A stretch of 64,000 nt of DNA from Marsupella aquatica (taxonomy: Eukaryota; Plantae; Marchantiophyta): NCBI GenBank assembly GCA_973895155.1, contig OZ316895.1:12531929-12595928 (forward strand), given 5' to 3'. Each line of letters starts with the position of its first letter. Position 1 is the first letter of the stretch. A program made the translations under genes and the position numbers. Below, one piece after another: positions 61,305-64,000 of the stretch. The notes beneath the pieces were generated by a model. The model made no database searches and had not been told where the DNA came from. It was given only the letters and a program-made list of their open reading frames with translations.

Positions 61305-62444
61305 ATGCTTGGGAGGTGACGTGTGTTCGTGACAGGATTTCATGACGGTTTTTCCAGCGTTGAGTGTTGGTGGATTTTCCAGAGTTCCATCGCATGGAAC
61401 TTGGAGTTTATGGGCTCAACGGATAGATCAGGGCAAGAGCTTTCTAACGGTGTGAAGAAATCGTTGAACGGAGCTCGTGGTGTAGAGAGATCTAAGTTTT
61501 TGTCATTCTGGATTTTGTGAAGAAAGTTGGCAATCGACTCGGAGGGAGAAGCGTCAAGTGTTTTGACTCAACGGAGAGATTGAGGCAAGACGATTATTTT
61601 TGAGTCCGGGATTGGCTCTTTGATGCAAAGAGGAAGGCTAAGCAAAATCAATTACCTTGTTGGACTTGGTGACGGCACCAAGTGCAATTGATCAACATTC
61701 GTTGTTGACAAGGTACCATTTTTTTCTCTTTGAAAAACTGATTCGAAATTGGCTATGGCAATTGAGAGAAATCTGTCATCTTTACCAATTTTTTTCTCCC
61801 TCGTTCTTTCCTCGTTTTGGGTGCTTCTTATATCGATCTTCATCGCCTCGGAGTCTAGTTTCCAAATCTGAAATTGGATCTTGATTTCGTCAAAACCCGA
61901 GTGAGATATCTTGCATTTGGTGTCGAGGGGTACATTCTGCCGTGTGTATTTTCTGCGCGCGCGACCAGATTTCGACGACGAAAGGTGGTAGGGGGTTTTG
62001 GGGGTTCGAGGACACATGTCAGCCCCTCGATTGTTCTTCCAAAATTCCCATAGGGCCTGTACAAGGGTCATAGAATATTCCAAAAAACCAGAGAGCTATT
62101 TTTTGACCGTCCGACAAAGATTTCATCCGTTGAACGGTAACTTTTTTGGTTATTTTTCGGCGAGGTCGTAGCCATTGAAGTTGGCAATGCAGCGCACCAA
62201 TCACATCGCAATTCCGACAACGGGTTGTACTTGGTATTTCGGTTATTCCCTGAGGTGGTCAAAACGGGGGAGTTTCCCAAGGTTTTACCCACCTCGACCG
62301 AAATTTGAATAACTTTTCCGTCAAATTTCGATTTTGATTTCGGTTTTCAGTATTGGACTCCTAGCTTTGTGGGCTACGCGGCGGTGTTGAGTTTCAAGTT
62401 TTTTGAGAAGTTGTGAAAAACAACATTTTTTGTGACTTTCTCAT

Positions 62445-63479
62445 ATGAGTGATTCGGAGGAGTTTTTTGAAGACGTGGAACTTGAAGCACGAGGATCACC
62501 GTGGAGGTTTCAGGGGCAGAGAGAGGAGCAGGAGGAAGAGCACGTGACACCGATACCATCACCGGTGCGGCGTGTGGTGGAGGAAGCAGTACTACTACCG
62601 GAGCTCACGGTAAAGAAGAAGATGGGGACTTTCAAGCTTGGGGGACCCAAGTATGAAGTGACAAAGTATGATGGGCGCTCTGACTACTTGCTATGGGAGA
62701 AGCAGGTGAAGGGAGTGCTTTATGCGTCAGGGATGGGCCAACTGCTGAGCCCTCGTGAAGACGATGTTGATGAGAAACAATGGGACCGCATGCAGGAGCA
62801 GGGAGTGTGGTGTGTTACACTCTATCTCATGCCTCCCATCATCAAGCAGTTGGGTGCACATAAGGATTGCATGTCCTTGTTTGCGGAATTGCAGAGCAAG
62901 TATCACCGCAAGGAGTTGTCGAACCGGCTCTACACTTCCTACAAACTGATGAGTTTCAGGATGAAGGAATCTGGTACGAAGTTGCAAGACCATGTGGATG
63001 CTTTCAACGACATGGTTGTTGACTTGGAAAACCTTGGGGAGACTTTGAATGATGAGACGAAGGCTCTGCAGCTTCTTAGTTCATTGCCTCCATCTTACCA
63101 GTCCCTATCACGAGTGTTGTTGCATCGTGATAGGGATACCATTTCATACAATGACGTGGTAAGTTCTCTGCTTAGTGATGATCTTCAGCAGAAGATGCAC
63201 ATCACGTCACAGCCTTCATCATCTGGTGCTGCCCTCAATGTTAACCGTGGGAGGAGTATGCAGCGACCAACTGGGGACCGTAGAACCCAGTTTAGATCTA
63301 AATCCAGATCTAAGTCCAAGGGTAAATCCCCTCAGAGGAGGCAGGTGACATGTTGGAAGTGCAACCAAGTTGGACACTTCAAGCAAGACTGTAAGGGAAA
63401 GGCAGCGGAAACTTCATCGGCAAATGTGGCTAGGGCTGATGGAGAAGCTGATTTACTCAATGATGAGTATGTTTTATGA
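62445..63479 (+). CDS. gag: Copia Gag (UBN2-like capsid region + CCHC zinc knuckle), 344 aa
   Basis: KYDGRSDYLLWEKQVKGVL, LQDHVDAFNDMVVDL, LLSSLPPSY, CWKCNQVGHFKQDC; ends DEYVL-TGA. Confidence 0.92.
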   Translation: MSDSEEFFEDVELEARGSPWRFQGQREEQEEEHVTPIPSPVRRVVEEAVLLPELTVKKKMGTFKLGGPKYEVTKYDGRSDYLLWEKQVKGVLYASGMGQLLSPREDDVDEKQWDRMQEQGVWCVTLYLMPPIIKQLGAHKDCMSLFAELQSKYHRKELSNRLYTSYKLMSFRMKESGTKLQDHVDAFNDMVVDLENLGETLNDETKALQLLSSLPPSYQSLSRVLLHRDRDTISYNDVVSSLLSDDLQQKMHITSQPSSSGAALNVNRGRSMQRPTGDRRTQFRSKSRSKSKGKSPQRRQVTCWKCNQVGHFKQDCKGKAAETSSANVARADGEADLLNDEYVL

Positions 63480-64000
63480 AGCCGGGGGTATGCCCTGTGC
63501 ACGTCATCTAGGAGAGCAGATGATGTGTGGATTCTTGATTGTGCTTGCTCTTTTCATATTTGTTACATTCGTGAGTTTTTCAGTTCTTACTCTGTTTCAA
63601 ACGGTTCAGTTCTGATGGGAAATGATCACTCCTGTCAAATTGAGGGAATTGGGTCTGTGAAGATTCAAATGTTTGATGGCGCTGTGCGCACAGTATCCGG
63701 AGTCAGGTATGTACCTGGCATGCGTAAGAATCTGATTTCACTCGGTGTGTTGGATTCAAATGGTCATCAATGGAGCGTTATTGATGGTGAACTTCAAGTC
63801 AGGTCGGGAGAGACAGTGATTTTGAAGGGGAGTAGACAAAAGAATTTGTATGTGTTACAGGGCAATACTGTATGTGGAGAGGCCAATGTAACCAAGTCTC
63901 ACGAGGAGATGACTCAACTGTGGCATTCACGGCTAGGCCACATGAGTGAGAAGGGTTTGGCTATCTTACGGAAGAATGGACTCATTTCTGATTTGCAATC
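63480..64000 (+). CDS. pol: Copia Pol N-terminus (aspartic protease, GAG-pre-integrase), in frame with gag, partial
   Basis: Open to the window end in the gag frame: SRGYALCTSSRRADDVWILDCACSFHIC...VLMGNDHSCQIEGIGSV...VRYVPGMRKNLISLGVLD...LWHSRLGHMSEKGL. Confidence 0.92.

Larger units (their letters stand above)
60870..64000 (+). mobile_element. Ty1/copia LTR retrotransposon (5' part; runs off the window)
   Basis: 5' LTR, Met-tRNA PBS, ~1.15-kb leader, gag with CCHC knuckle, then protease and GAG-pre-integrase (LWHSRLGHMSEKGL) in copia order. Confidence 0.95.

Overview
Eukaryotic, intron-containing land-plant DNA, not prokaryotic. A bryophyte or liverwort-like origin is inferred from the cysteine-less germin and the TE families. 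Four host genes sit in a TE-rich background: a 3-exon secreted Tyr-sulfated peptide precursor with PSK-like pro-region and PSY-like C-terminus (11051-12028), a 15-exon half-size ABCA transporter (24616-30400), an intronless conserved plant protein with an AAAWAWYQH motif (37564-38490, minus) and a 2-exon germin-like protein (43408-44526, minus). The window opens inside a decayed, spliced gene of more than 1,470 codons. It fuses a ParB/Srx-like domain, a degenerate beta-class N4/N6 DNA-methyltransferase-like domain and an FCP1/NIF HAD-phosphatase domain, and is probably TE cargo. The window ends inside a Ty1/copia element whose gag and pol are in one frame separated by a single TGA. Between them are a head-to-tail Helitron stack, several MITE/TIR elements, a LINE 3' fragment, a two-copy ~600-bp insertion family with variable-length TSDs and many tandem repeats. 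All domain calls come from motif recognition by eye; no searches were run.
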